Assembly: GCA_964016885.1 (NCBI GenBank)
Contig: OZ024740.1
Coordinates: 70,556,001-70,620,000 of the forward strand
Length of the DNA stretch: 64,000 bases
Direction of reading: 5' to 3'
Source of the DNA: Eledone cirrhosa
Lineage: Eukaryota
A program made the translations under genes and the position numbers. Each line of letters begins with the position of its first letter. The first letter of the stretch is position 1. Under the pieces are notes generated by a model. It was not told the origin of the DNA and did not search any database. It saw only the letters and a program-made list of their open reading frames with translations. This document shows, piece after piece, positions 1 through 11,345 of the stretch.

Positions 1-3000
1 CCGGGAATGGGGCAGTGCTGTTTAGGAAACGACTGGATCTCGAGGTAAAGTCGATCTTCCGGGACCTGGACGGTAAGTTGGTGGTCTTGGATGTGAGCAG
101 TAGCGAAGGTGGTGCCTTTAGACTGCTGGCCGTCTACGTCCCTACAGAGGCCGGACGACCGGACTTCTTTAGGCGCCTGGAGACCTTTCTGGGTACGTCT
201 CGCCCTTTACTGTTAGCGAGGGACTGGAATGGCATCTTAGACGCACGCTGGGATTGTATGGGAGTAGCCGATAGGAGTGTGGGGGGGGGGGGGGGGGCAA
301 AAGCCTCAAGCACCTACTCAGCCAGTTCCAACTGTCTGACAGGTATCGACTAGATTTCCACCAATGTGCCAGTATGGACATGGATCAACCGAATGGGGTC
401 ATCTAGATCGTATATAGACAGGATCTTCATTAGGAAAATAGATAGAAATAGTGTAGGCTGCCCACTTTTTAAAACGGTCGCCTATTCAGATCACAAATTT
501 GTGATCTGTACGGTCGACCTAGATAAAACGCGTAGGTTAGGACCGGGTTATTGGAAGCTGAACATGTCATTTCCGGCACGTAAGGCTTACAGGGACCGAG
601 TCAACAATTTAGTTAAGCAAAAGTTGACAGGGGGGATCATCAACAACAGATGGTGGGGGGGCTCTCAAAAGAGAGATTAGAGTAATTTCGATAGAGTTCA
701 GCAAAGAACTAGCGTTAGAGAAAAATAGAAAGGAGGGGGAGCTGATAGATAAGTTAGACGAGGCTATTGGTAGTGGCATTGCAACTGATGTGCTAGCGGC
801 GAGAATGGCATTAAACCATTTCTTCAATGCGAAACACGAAGGTTGTATTGTCAGAGCTAAGGCGCGTGCGCTGAGAAACAAGGAAACCAAAGCTGTTCGA
901 TGGGCCTGCGTGGCGGAGGCCTAGCGTGGTAATAAAACCACAATTCGGTCTTTGGCGAATCGAGACGGACACGAGATAAGCGATTCCAAGCGGATGTGTG
1001 AGGCCTTTCGCTAGCACTTTGCTCGGTTGTTCGGGGAGAGTGGTGAGTCAGAGTGAGTAGCGGATTTCAGTCCCTATCTTGACGGCTTGCCGCGTATCTC
1101 GACGGTCGACGCTGAGCGTTGCGAAAGGCCGATTACTCCAGCCGAAATTAAGGACGCCCTTGTTGGCTGCATGAGGCGCAAGTCACCCGGTTTGGATGGC
1201 TTGCCATACGAGCTTTACGTAAATATGCCAGACTTGTTCTCCGATCTCCTCGAAGCACTCTACTGCAACTGGCAGCAGAATGGGAGTATTCCCAGTTCTG
1301 TGAGCAGGAGAGTGGTGACGCTGATAAGGAAAGACAAGAACAAGATGGATACATTAAACAACTTCAGGACCATAACTCTGCTCAACACAGAGTTTAAGAT
1401 TTTGGCCAAGGTGTTAGCAAAGAGATTGGCGTTTGTCGTCGAGGATTTGGTTGGGGAGGCGCAAACTTGCGCAATCCCAGCCAGGTCCATACACGACAAT
1501 CTCCACCTCATGCGATACATCATAGAGAGGGTAGGGTGTAAACCTGGCTTCGGTGGGGCACTGATCAATTTAGATCAATCGAACGCATTCGATAGGGTCG
1601 ACGATCGGTATCTGGAGTTTGTCCTCAAAGCAGCTGGCTTCGGCCCTGTCTTCAGAAGCTGGATCGCTGCAATGCACAGCGGCACACACTCGGTGGTCAA
1701 GGTTAATGGCCACCTCTCGAAACCATTTCGGCTCTCCCGATCGGTCCGTCAAGGGTGCCCTCTCTCTTCCCTTCTGTACGTATTGACTCTCGAGCCTTTA
1801 CTGCGGAAGCTGGAGCTGTTGCCGGGCATCCCGCTCGAACCGGGACGTAGAAAGGTGGTGTCGGCTTATGCGGACGACATCACCGTGATGGTGTCGAACA
1901 CCTGAGAAATCGAGGTGGTCGGCACCTTATTGAAGGAATATGAAAGGTTGACAGGAGGCAAACTTAACCCGGAAAAGTCGGTGGGCTTGCAGCTCGGAAC
2001 CTGGAGAGGCAAGCCCATGCCGTCCAACAGCGTCGTGGGGCGCTGGACAGACGGACCGGTAAAGTTGCTCGGGGTTTGGTTCAGACCAGACCTCCAGGTG
2101 GAAAAGAATTGGAACGAGGTAACGAGCAGAGTAGCCAGTCTCGCCCAAAAATGGGCTGGGAGGAAGCTATCACTGAAAGGTCGCACGGAGGTGGCGAATG
2201 CGTACATAGCGTCCGTCATCTACTACTGCCTGACCGTCGTGCCTTGCCTCCGTCCGCGCCTCCTCTTCAAATTCTTGTGGAGGGGACAAGTTCTGTTGGA
2301 GAGGCGGTCCATCTGCTGCCAGCACCCTCTATGCGGAGGGCTGGGCATGCCCTTGCTAATGATGCGCAGACATGCGTTGAGGCTGTGACATCTCCAGATA
2401 TTCTGCCTCAATGGTGAGCAGGTGTGGTCGCCGTTTATCAGACGGGCCTTTCCGCAGCTCATCTCTTTGACTGAGCTGCAGTCCTGGGTCAAGAAGAGAC
2501 CGAGATTGGGTGACTGGCACCTGGAATGTTTCCAGGCACTCACTGCCCTCTACCAAGCGGGAAATGCGATCAGTGGAACTTCCATTCTCGAGTTCTATAG
2601 AGGATTAGTGGTGGGCAAGTGCGATGACGCACTCGGAGAAGCTTTGGGCCTCGACGAGGTCGAATTGACCAGTCTGTACCGGAGGACTTTCGAGCCGGGG
2701 ACGATGGACAATTTCCAGAAATCCCTCGCTTGGCAGTGCTACCGGGGGCACTGCCGGTTCGGGATAAACTCTACAGGCACAGAAGTGCTGTCAGACGGAC
2801 CTGCCCAAGATGCGCACAGAACGACGAAACCGTTCTGCACGCACTTGTCCAATGTCTGTGCATTACTGACTTGTGGAGTTATGTCGAACAGCTACTATCG
2901 CGTGTGGAACAAATCCGGCTATCGGCTGAGTCCATAGTGAAGATCGACCCGCCACCTTCCTTAGGTCAGGAAGAGCAGGACATTTTCCTCTGTCTGGTGG

Positions 3001-3213
3001 CAGTTGCGAAAGAGATTATATGGTGGACCAGGTTAAAAGGACTGAAGACAGATACTTTTCTCTTCGGCTAATCGCTCATCAACTTTTTCAAGTTTCACCT
3101 GGAAAGGAGGGTGAGGGTGGAGAGAGAAGTGCTGCCCCCAGTACATTTGCTAAAAGGTGGATGAATGGAGAATGGCACGTATGAATGGGCCTACTCTGAC
3201 CATGCGCCTATAG
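1..3213 (+). pseudogene. Tx1 copy A ORF2 (APE endonuclease + RT + CCHC), many stops and frameshifts
   Basis: ORF-track fragments 15-353, 366-680, 1087-1905, 1915-2388, 2422-2937 and 2730-3071 align colinearly with ORF2 of copies B and C. Confidence 0.9.
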
Positions 3214-3491
3214 GCTAGCTAACTTGAGGAGAGGGGTGTTCTCCCTGGGTGCCCTAGAAGCGCAGGGTAGTTTAGGATTGGTGGGGACCCGAGTCACCCT
3301 TGGGTCGTCCACCCCCTATCGGGGAATTTATTTTGTTATATTTATGCATAGTTTATTTTATATTTTTATATCTTCATTGTTAAATTAATCTTGCCATTGT
3401 GCACGTTTACTCGACCTTATTGTAAACCCCCACTGTCCCTGTCTTTGTATTGTCCCCTACATGTCGGCCCTTGTGGCTAATAAATGAAATC
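1..3491 (+). mobile_element. Tx1-clade non-LTR retrotransposon copy A (5' part outside the window, decayed)
   Basis: Broken ORF2 pieces: APE motifs (DWNG, YIDR, YSDHK), RT motifs (RQGCPLS, YADD) and C-terminal CPRC..H..C. The 3' UTR ends in AATAAA-tgaaatc before (ATT)9. Confidence 0.93.
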
Positions 3492-3518
3492 ATTATTATT
3501 ATTATTATTATTATTATT
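3492..3518 (+). repeat. (ATT)9 spacer between Tx1 copies A and B
   Basis: Read directly. Confidence 0.98.
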
Positions 3519-3736
3519 GAATGCTATGGTTGACGGAGGCTCGGCTCTGTAAGGTATTGTAAATTTTGAACGCTATAACAATTGTAAATTGTTTAAAACT
3601 TTTACCAACTTGTAGACAAAAACACCCTCCTCCCCGTGAGAGGGGTCTTTCTGCCCGTTATTTGGCCCTTCGAGGTTAAATAACTGCTTATTGGGGTTTT
3701 GTGCCCAATATTTATTTTAAACAAAAAAAAAACAAC

Positions 3737-5325
3737 ATGGCTACGAAAAAGAATTTTCATAGGTCACTCCCACTCATTCCGTCTTCTTCTTCCTCAATCG
3801 TCACTACAGCAGAGAGAAGATTGTCTCTCTCCCTCCCTTCTTTAAATGTGTCTCTCTCCCTCCCTTCTCTTTCGCAAGCGACGACAGAAAAGAAAAGTCT
3901 CGTGCAAAGCGTGCAAGATTTCTCCACGACGACAACGACGACGAAACAGGTGTGCGGGAAATACGAAAACCCATTTCATTCGTCTGACGTCAGGAATAAT
4001 AGCAGTAGCAGCCGTAATAACAACAGCAACAGTGACAATGAAAACAACAGTAGCAGCCGCAACAGCATCAGCAGCAGCATAAACAACAACAGCATTAGCA
4101 GCAGCAACAACAACAACAACCACAGCAACAGCGGCGGCGGCAGTAGTCGTAGTACCTGCAGCAACAACAAAAGTAACAGCAGCTCTGACGACAACAACAA
4201 CAACAACAGCAGCAAAGAAAAACCAATCTCATTTGCAGGTATCGCGAAGAATCTGGAAACAATCCTCATAACAAATGAGGAATTAGAGGAAGCGAAGAAG
4301 ATGGTGACAAAAACTGGACACCGAGCAATCTGCAAGGCAGCGGAAAAAGTTTTCGAAACCCAACAGCACTGTACGGTCACGTACCGTACAGTAAGTACAA
4401 AATCCCGTAGGGTGGAAAGATCCACAGAGGCTCAAATACAAAAAGCCTTGGGGTCTGTGTGGCAGCGGAAAACACACATCACCCGAGGCAAGAAATATGC
4501 CACCGTAGACGTACTTTTTGCCACACCCCAGGAGGCAAATGCTCAATCCGTAGTGACCCTAAGGATCGAGGAAATGGTGTTGGTGCCCTCCTACTGCGAG
4601 CAAAAAATTGTGAGGGTCAAACTGACCCCTCCCCGACCTCACAGAATCAGACATGGAGTGTGAGGTGGGAGAGGGATGGGAAAAGGTCGTAAGAAGGCAC
4701 AAACGCAGAAGCAGCGCACCGTTGCCTTTGAAAAGGGAGGAAAGAAATGAAAAAAGGGTAAAGTCTACTGCAAAGAGACTCACAGCAGCAACACCACCAA
4801 CACCATCACCACCCACACTAGCACCACCATCACCACCGGCGACAACCCCACCGCCAACAACAACAACACCTTCAACACCACCACCACAAGCACCAACATC
4901 GCAAACACAACAACAAAACACACACACCCAGCAAAAACGACATGGAAAATAGCAGAACCCCACCCCACCCCCAGAAAAACAAATGCACGGCAATAAATAC
5001 ACACAACAAGAAACTAATGACTTACATAATTGAACACACAGACATTTCACAACACGACTACATAATACCAGCACCAATCAAAACGCCAACTAACATAAGA
5101 CTGCTAAAAATAGCACAGAAACAATACACAAACATTAAAACGAAATTCCCCAACGCAGTTGATGATTTCAGAGACCTAGGAGGAACTATCAACCGAAGAG
5201 TATATTGGGACATACTCATAGAAGAGCCGATGACCAGCCGAAGGAACGATTCAACGGTCCCTTCACCAGACGATCAAGTGAAAAGGGATGTAAAAACCAT
5301 CCCTCCTCTACGAAAAGTACGGTAA
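3737..5325 (+). pseudogene. Tx1 copy B ORF1 (Asn/Ser-rich N-terminus), internally deleted and frameshifted
   Basis: caacATGG start. TVTYRTVS...TEAQIQKALG...YATVDVLFATPQEA is shared with ORF1 of copy C. The zinc-knuckle segment is missing at about 4628. Confidence 0.85.
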
Positions 5326-5360
5326 GTGGTCTTTCCCATCTTTTCCACTCTATTTTAAAC

Positions 5361-8300
5361 ATGTCCTCACTCAGAATAGGCAGCATAAATGCGCGTGGCT
5401 TGGGGTCGTCATGGAAGCAGGGTCACCTGCTCAACGACCTCAGGTCACTAAACATAGATGTAGTGGCCATCAGCGAGACCAGAATCTCCGAAGCACGGGC
5501 CTTCGCACCGATCTTCGGCGGCTACGATGTGTACGCATCTCCCAGCCGTCCTGGATCGGGGGGAGGAGTTGCTGTGCTTTTTCGGAGAGGTTTGGATCTC
5601 GCCATACGGGCCATCTTCCTGGACCCAGAGGGTAAGTTGGTGGTGCTGGACGTGACCAGCGGAGACGGGCAAGCTTTCAGGCTAGTGGCCGTCTATGCCC
5701 CGACAGGAGCAGGGTGGCCTGATTGCGTCCGGCGTCTGGAGACCTTTCTTGGAACGTCCCGCTCTTTAGTGTTAGTGGGCGACTGGAACGGGATCTTAGA
5801 TGCACCCTGGGACTGTGTGGGACTAGCGTATAGGGGTGAAGGGTGCAAGAGCCTCACCAACCTGCTCAGGCGTTTTGAACTGTCTGACAGGTACCGATTG
5901 GATTTCCCGAATGTGCCAATGTGAACTTGGACAAATCGCATAGGGTCATCCAGATCATATCTAGATAGAGTATTTTGTAGGGAAATAGATAGGTCTAGCA
6001 TAGGCTGTCCACAATTCAAGATAGTCAGCTACACGGACCACAAATTCGTGATCTGTGTGCTTGACTTAGATAGGCTTCATAGACGAGGACCCGGCTACTG
6101 GATCTAAACGCGTCCTTACCAGCGCGCAAGGCCTACAGAGACCGGATTAGCGAACTAGTTAAGCGGGCGTTGACGGGGTCCATCGTCAACAACAAGTGGT
6201 GGTTTGCTCTGAAAAGAGCGATTAGAATAGAATCCATTAGGTTTAGTAAGGCTTTAGCAATAGAGAAAAATAGAGCAGAGGGAGAACTAGCTAGAAAATT
6301 AGACGAGGCGCTTAGCAAAGGCATTGCGACCGACGTGCTTGCGGCGAAATTGGCCCTTGACCAATTCTTCAATGCAAAGCACGAAGGCTGCGTTGTCAGA
6401 GCAAGGGTGCGTGCTCTCAGACACGAGGGGACGAAAGCTGTTCAATGGGCCCGAGTGGCGGAGGCGCGTCGTGGCAACAAAGCCACGATCCGGTCTTTGG
6501 TGGACCACGACGGGCGCATGCTACTCGATCCCGGACAAATGTGTGAAGCTTTTCAGCGACACTTCGCTCAGCTGTTCGGGGGCAGCGGTGGGCCGGGTTG
6601 AGGGATGGACTTTAGTGTCTACCTCGACGGACTGCCGCGGCTCTCGGCCATTGAGGCGAAGTGTTGCGAAAAGCCGATAACAGCCGCTGAAGTAAGGGAG
6701 GCAATGACTGGCTGCACAAGGGGTAAATCGCCTGATTTGGATGGTCTGCCCTATGAACTTTACGTACAGATGCCAGACTTGTTCGGATGCCTCTTGGCGG
6801 ACGTCTACTGCAACTGGCAACAGAACGGGAGAATTCCCAGTTCTGTGAGCCGAGGAGCGGTGGCACTGCTGAGAAAGGATCCGAACAAGGGGGATAACAT
6901 AGATAATTTCCGGCACATAACTCTGCTAAACACAGAGTTCAAGATTTTGGCCAAGGTGCTAGCAAAGAGGTTGGCGCTTGTCGTTGGTGGTCTGGTGGGA
7001 GAGGCGCAGACATGCGCCATTCCCGACAGATCCATCCACGACAACCTACACCTCATGCGATACATCGTAGAGAGGGTAGCTAGGGAACCTGGCACGGGTG
7101 GGTCCTTGATCAATTTAGATCAGTCGAAAGCTTTCGATAGGGTCGACCATCGTTACCTAGCGGCAGTCCTGAGGGCGGCTGGCTTTGGGCCCGTCTTCAG
7201 AGGCTGGATCGCTGCCATGCACAGCGACATCTGCTCTGTGGTGAGAGTGAACGGTCACCTGTCGGAACCGTTCAACATCATGCGCTCGGTCCGCCAAGGA
7301 TGTCCCCTCTCGTCCCTCTTGTACGTATTGACTCTCGAGCCATTACTGCGCAAACTGGAGACGTTGAGGGGCATCCCGCGCGAACTAGGATGCGGAAGAT
7401 CCGTGTCAGCATATGCGGACGATGTCACCGTAGTGGTGTCGAACGCCAAACACATCGAGGCGATCGGCACTACACTAAGAGAATACGAAGCGGTGACAGG
7501 AGCAATGATCAACCAGGAAAAGTCAGTTGGCCTGCAGCTCGGCACCTGGAGAGGCAGGTCCATGCCGTCCAACAGCGTCGTCGGACGCTGGACGGACGGA
7601 CCGGTTAAATTGCTAGGGGTCTGGTTCGGTCCGGACCTCCAGACGAACAAAAACTGGGACGAGGTGACGAGCAGGGTGGCTTCTCTCACCCAGAAATGGG
7701 CGGAGAGGAAGCTATCCCTGAAAGGTCGAGCGGAGGTGGCTAACGCGTACATCGCGTCTGTCATCTGCTACCGCCTGACCGTCGTACCTTGTCCTAAGCC
7801 TCGCCTGACTGCGCTGGAGCGTTTGCTCTTTCGCTTTTTGTGGAAGGGACGCGCTCCGATGGTCAGGCGGTCCATCTGTTGTCAACACCCGCTACGTGGA
7901 GGGCTGGGCATGCCGTGGCTGATGATGCGCAGGCACGCGCTCAGGCTACGACATCTCCACCTCTTCCTCGACGGTGATCAGGTGTGGTCGCCGTTTGCTA
8001 GACACGTATTTCCCCAGCTCGTTTTCTTGACGGAGCTGCAGTCCTGGGTCAAGCGAAGACCGAGAGGGAGGGCCTGGAGACTGGAATGTCTTCAGGCGCT
8101 AACAGCCCTCGACCAATCGGGCAATGTGATCGGTGGAAACTCCACCTTGGCGTTCTATAGAGGATTAGTGGAGGGGAAGAGCGACGACGTACTTGGGGAA
8201 ACTCTAGGCGTCGACGAAAATCAACTAGCCAATCTCTTCGGAAGAACTTTCGGGCCAGGGCTTATGGACAACTTCCAGAAATCTCTGGCCTGGCAGTGCT

Positions 8301-8779
8301 ACCGAGGAGCCTTGCCAGTTCGGGATAAACTCTACAGGCATGGAGGTGCCGTCAGCCGGGCATGTCCGAGATGCGCGCAGGGCGACGAAACCGTCCTGCA
8401 CGCACTCGTCCAGTGTCCGAAAATTGCTGACTTGTGGGTTTATGTCGAACACCTGCTGTCGCGTTTAGGACGGATCCGGCTATCATCTGAGTCCATCGTG
8501 AGGATTGCCCCTCCCTCCTCCTTTAGCCGGGAAGGGCAGGCAGTTTTTATCTGTCTGGTGGCCATGGCGAAAGAGATAGTATGGTGGACACGTTTGAAAG
8601 GGCTGAAGACGAGCACTTACCTCTTCGGTGATGCTCTGATTGACTTTTTCAAATTTCATTTGAAAAGGAAAATCAGAGTAGAGAGGGAAGTGCTCTCTTC
8701 CCAGCATTTTGTTGAAAGATGGGTGAGAGAAGCAAGAATGGCCCGAGTGAATGGGCCTACTCTGAGTATATATCTGTAA
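5361..8779 (+). pseudogene. Tx1 copy B ORF2 (APE + RT + CCHC); stops at 5922 and 6599, frameshift near 6105; 6605-8779 still open
   Basis: SINARGL, ISETR, GDWNG; LDQSKAFDRV, RQGCPLS, YADD; CPRCAQGDETVLHALVQC. Confidence 0.93.
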
Positions 8780-9027
8780 ATTAAAGGTGAAAAATTGGGA
8801 GAGGGCACTTGCCTTGGTGGTCAGGGTCATTGTGGCCTTTTACTGGGCTTTCTCCACAAATGTCCCTCCGAAGTCTTCCCCCTATTGGGGAATTTTTCAT
8901 TTTTATTTTTTGTTACATCCTCTGTTTTTGTTTTTTACACGCAGAAATGCCCATTTGTACCGTCCTGTATTGTCCTGCACTGTCCTTAATGTCTACTTTA
9001 TGTAAACCCTTGTGGTTAATAAAGAAA

Positions 9028-9029
<2 letters not shown>

Positions 9030-9059
<30 letters not shown>
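9030..9059 (+). repeat. (ATT)10 spacer between Tx1 copies B and C
   Basis: Read directly. Confidence 0.98.
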
Positions 9060-9274
9060 GGTTGGTGAAGCCACGCTTCTTATCGCCTCCAGTCTTTTTC
9101 GACGTTTTACCTCTTTTTCAACCGTTCTAAACCTTTTATTCAAGTTTTAAATTTGATAAAAGTTTAGAACAAGTGACCCACCTAATACAGGGGTTCACTA
9201 GTAAATAATACGGCACCCCTTTACGGGGTGTCGTATTCGTATTTGTGTAAAAATATTTTTTGAAAAGTTTCAAC

Positions 9275-11313
9275 ATGGATAACACAAAAAAGAGAGAGAG
9301 CGCTGTCAGACAACACAGAGAGAGGGAGACTTTATCAGCATGTCAACAAGACAGCGTTCCAGCGGAGGTAAATATAAACGAAAATATTACAAAGGAAAAA
9401 AAGATTGTTACAGATTTAAAATTAACAAATATTTCTAACACAAACAACACCAACAACATCACCAACAACAAAACCAAAAATAACAGCGCTAAAGTCGAGA
9501 ACGACAATAACAAAAATAACAGCGGTAAGGTCGAGAACGACAATAACAAAAATAACAGCGGTAAGGTCGAGAACGACAATAACAATAACAATAACAACAG
9601 CCACAACAACAATAATAGTAGGAACAGTATCAACAAAAACAACAATAATAACAACAGCCACAATAACAGTAACAGCAGCAACATTATCAACGAAAACAAC
9701 ACCAACAACTGTACCAGCGAAAAGAACAACAATGACACCGATACCTGTAATAGCGACCTCAGCACCACCAGTAAGACCAGTAGCGGCAGCAATAGTGGTG
9801 CTGCTGAAAAAGGGACCACTTCTTTTGCAGGTGTCGCCCGAAATATCGAGACAGTGTTAGTCACAGAGGAGGAGATGGCAGTCGCAAGGGCCATGGTGAC
9901 AAGAAGCGCAAATAGAGTTTCCCTGAAACCTCCACCCGATTTTTTCAAGGACCAGCAGCTACGAACGGTGACTTACCGCACCGTAAGCAAAATCTCACAT
10001 CGAGTGGAGAGAGCCACGGAGGCTCAAATCCAAAAGGCCTTGGGGTGCGTCTGGGCACGCAAAACCCACATCACCCGAGGCAGAAAGTACGCCACAGTAG
10101 ACGTACTTTTCGCCACCCCCCAGGAAGCAAAGTCTCACTCTTTGGAAACCCTAAAGAGTGAGGAGTTAGTCTTGGTGCCCTCCTACTGCGAGCAGAAAAT
10201 TGTGAGAGTCAAAGTGACCCAGGTCCCACCCGACGTGCCCATACCTTGGCTGGCCGCGTCTGTCCTTGCTAGAATTGAGAACAGGGCGACCATGCTGCAA
10301 ATAGAAAAAATAGGGAGAGAGAACTGGTCAGGTATAGGCATGCAAATGCTTATACAAACTGACCAGGAATGTATCGAGGCTATCCCCGATATCATAGACT
10401 TTGAAGAAGGACTCCAACTCCCTATAAGTGTAGAAGGAAGACGGCCAAAATGTTATCGATGTGGGTCGAAAGGTCACCTCAGGGCCTTTTGCTCACAGAA
10501 GACACCGAAGACGGCCCCTCTCCTTCCAATACTTGGTCCGCTGCTACCAAGAGCAGAGCAAGCAACAAACGAAGAAGCCCCTTCCACGGTGAGTAGGAGG
10601 GCAACGTCCGTAGCACCCGTACCAAGGCCACGGATAACTAAAGCAGCATCATCAGTAGCGGCAACACCAATAGCTACATTTGAAATAGCTACACCAGCAA
10701 CAACATTGCCGAAGAGGGCTCCACTACCACCACCAACAGCCGTGGAGCACATACCCCTCCCAGACGCCACAGAATCCGACATGGAGTTTGAGGCGGGAGT
10801 GACGTGGCAAACAGTCTGCCACAAAAAACAAAAAACAAAAAACAAAAAACCCTTAGATTCACCCTCCAAAAGCGAAGGCATACAAAGAGGGGTAAAGGCA
10901 GCAAGGAAACTTGCAGCAACACCACCACAAACACCAACAACGCAAACACAACAAGACACACACACCAAACAGCAACAAGAAGAAAACGGCAACAAAATCA
11001 CCCCTCCCCCCAAAAAGTACACAGCCATAAACATAGCAAAAAACGAACTCATAAAATATATAAAGCAGCACACAGACATCACGGAAAAAAATTACTACAC
11101 CCCACCAACACCAAGAACTCTCCCGACAAACATAAGCATCATCGAAATCTCATTAAAACATACAAAACTTTAAAACAAAAATTCCCCAACGCAGTTGGAG
11201 ACTTCAGAGGGACGGTTTCCAAGAGGATATACACTGACATCCTCTTGGAAACACCCATGACCAGCGAAAGGGACGGTTCTACTGTCCCTTCACCACACGA
11301 ACAAGGTAAGTGA
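9275..11313 (+). pseudogene. Tx1 copy C ORF1 (Asn-rich N-terminus, CCHC zinc knuckle, Pro/Thr-rich tail); one late frameshift near 11170
   Basis: Open frame to 11173 with CYRCGSKGHLRAFC. The C-terminus homologous to copy B (KFPNAV.DFR) continues in another frame to 11313. Confidence 0.87.
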
Positions 11314-11345
11314 CCCTTTCTCATTTGCCCCGTTTCTCATCCAAC

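Larger units (their letters stand above)
3519..9029 (+). mobile_element. Tx1-clade copy B, near full length (5' UTR, ORF1, ORF2, 3' UTR)
   Basis: Two-ORF layout bounded by (ATT)n on both sides. Ends AATAAAgaaatc. Confidence 0.93.

Noticed and set aside
9343-9948. Leu-rich minus-strand ORFs (also 3976-4425) resembling membrane proteins
   Set aside because: Antisense shadows of the AAC-rich ORF1 region.
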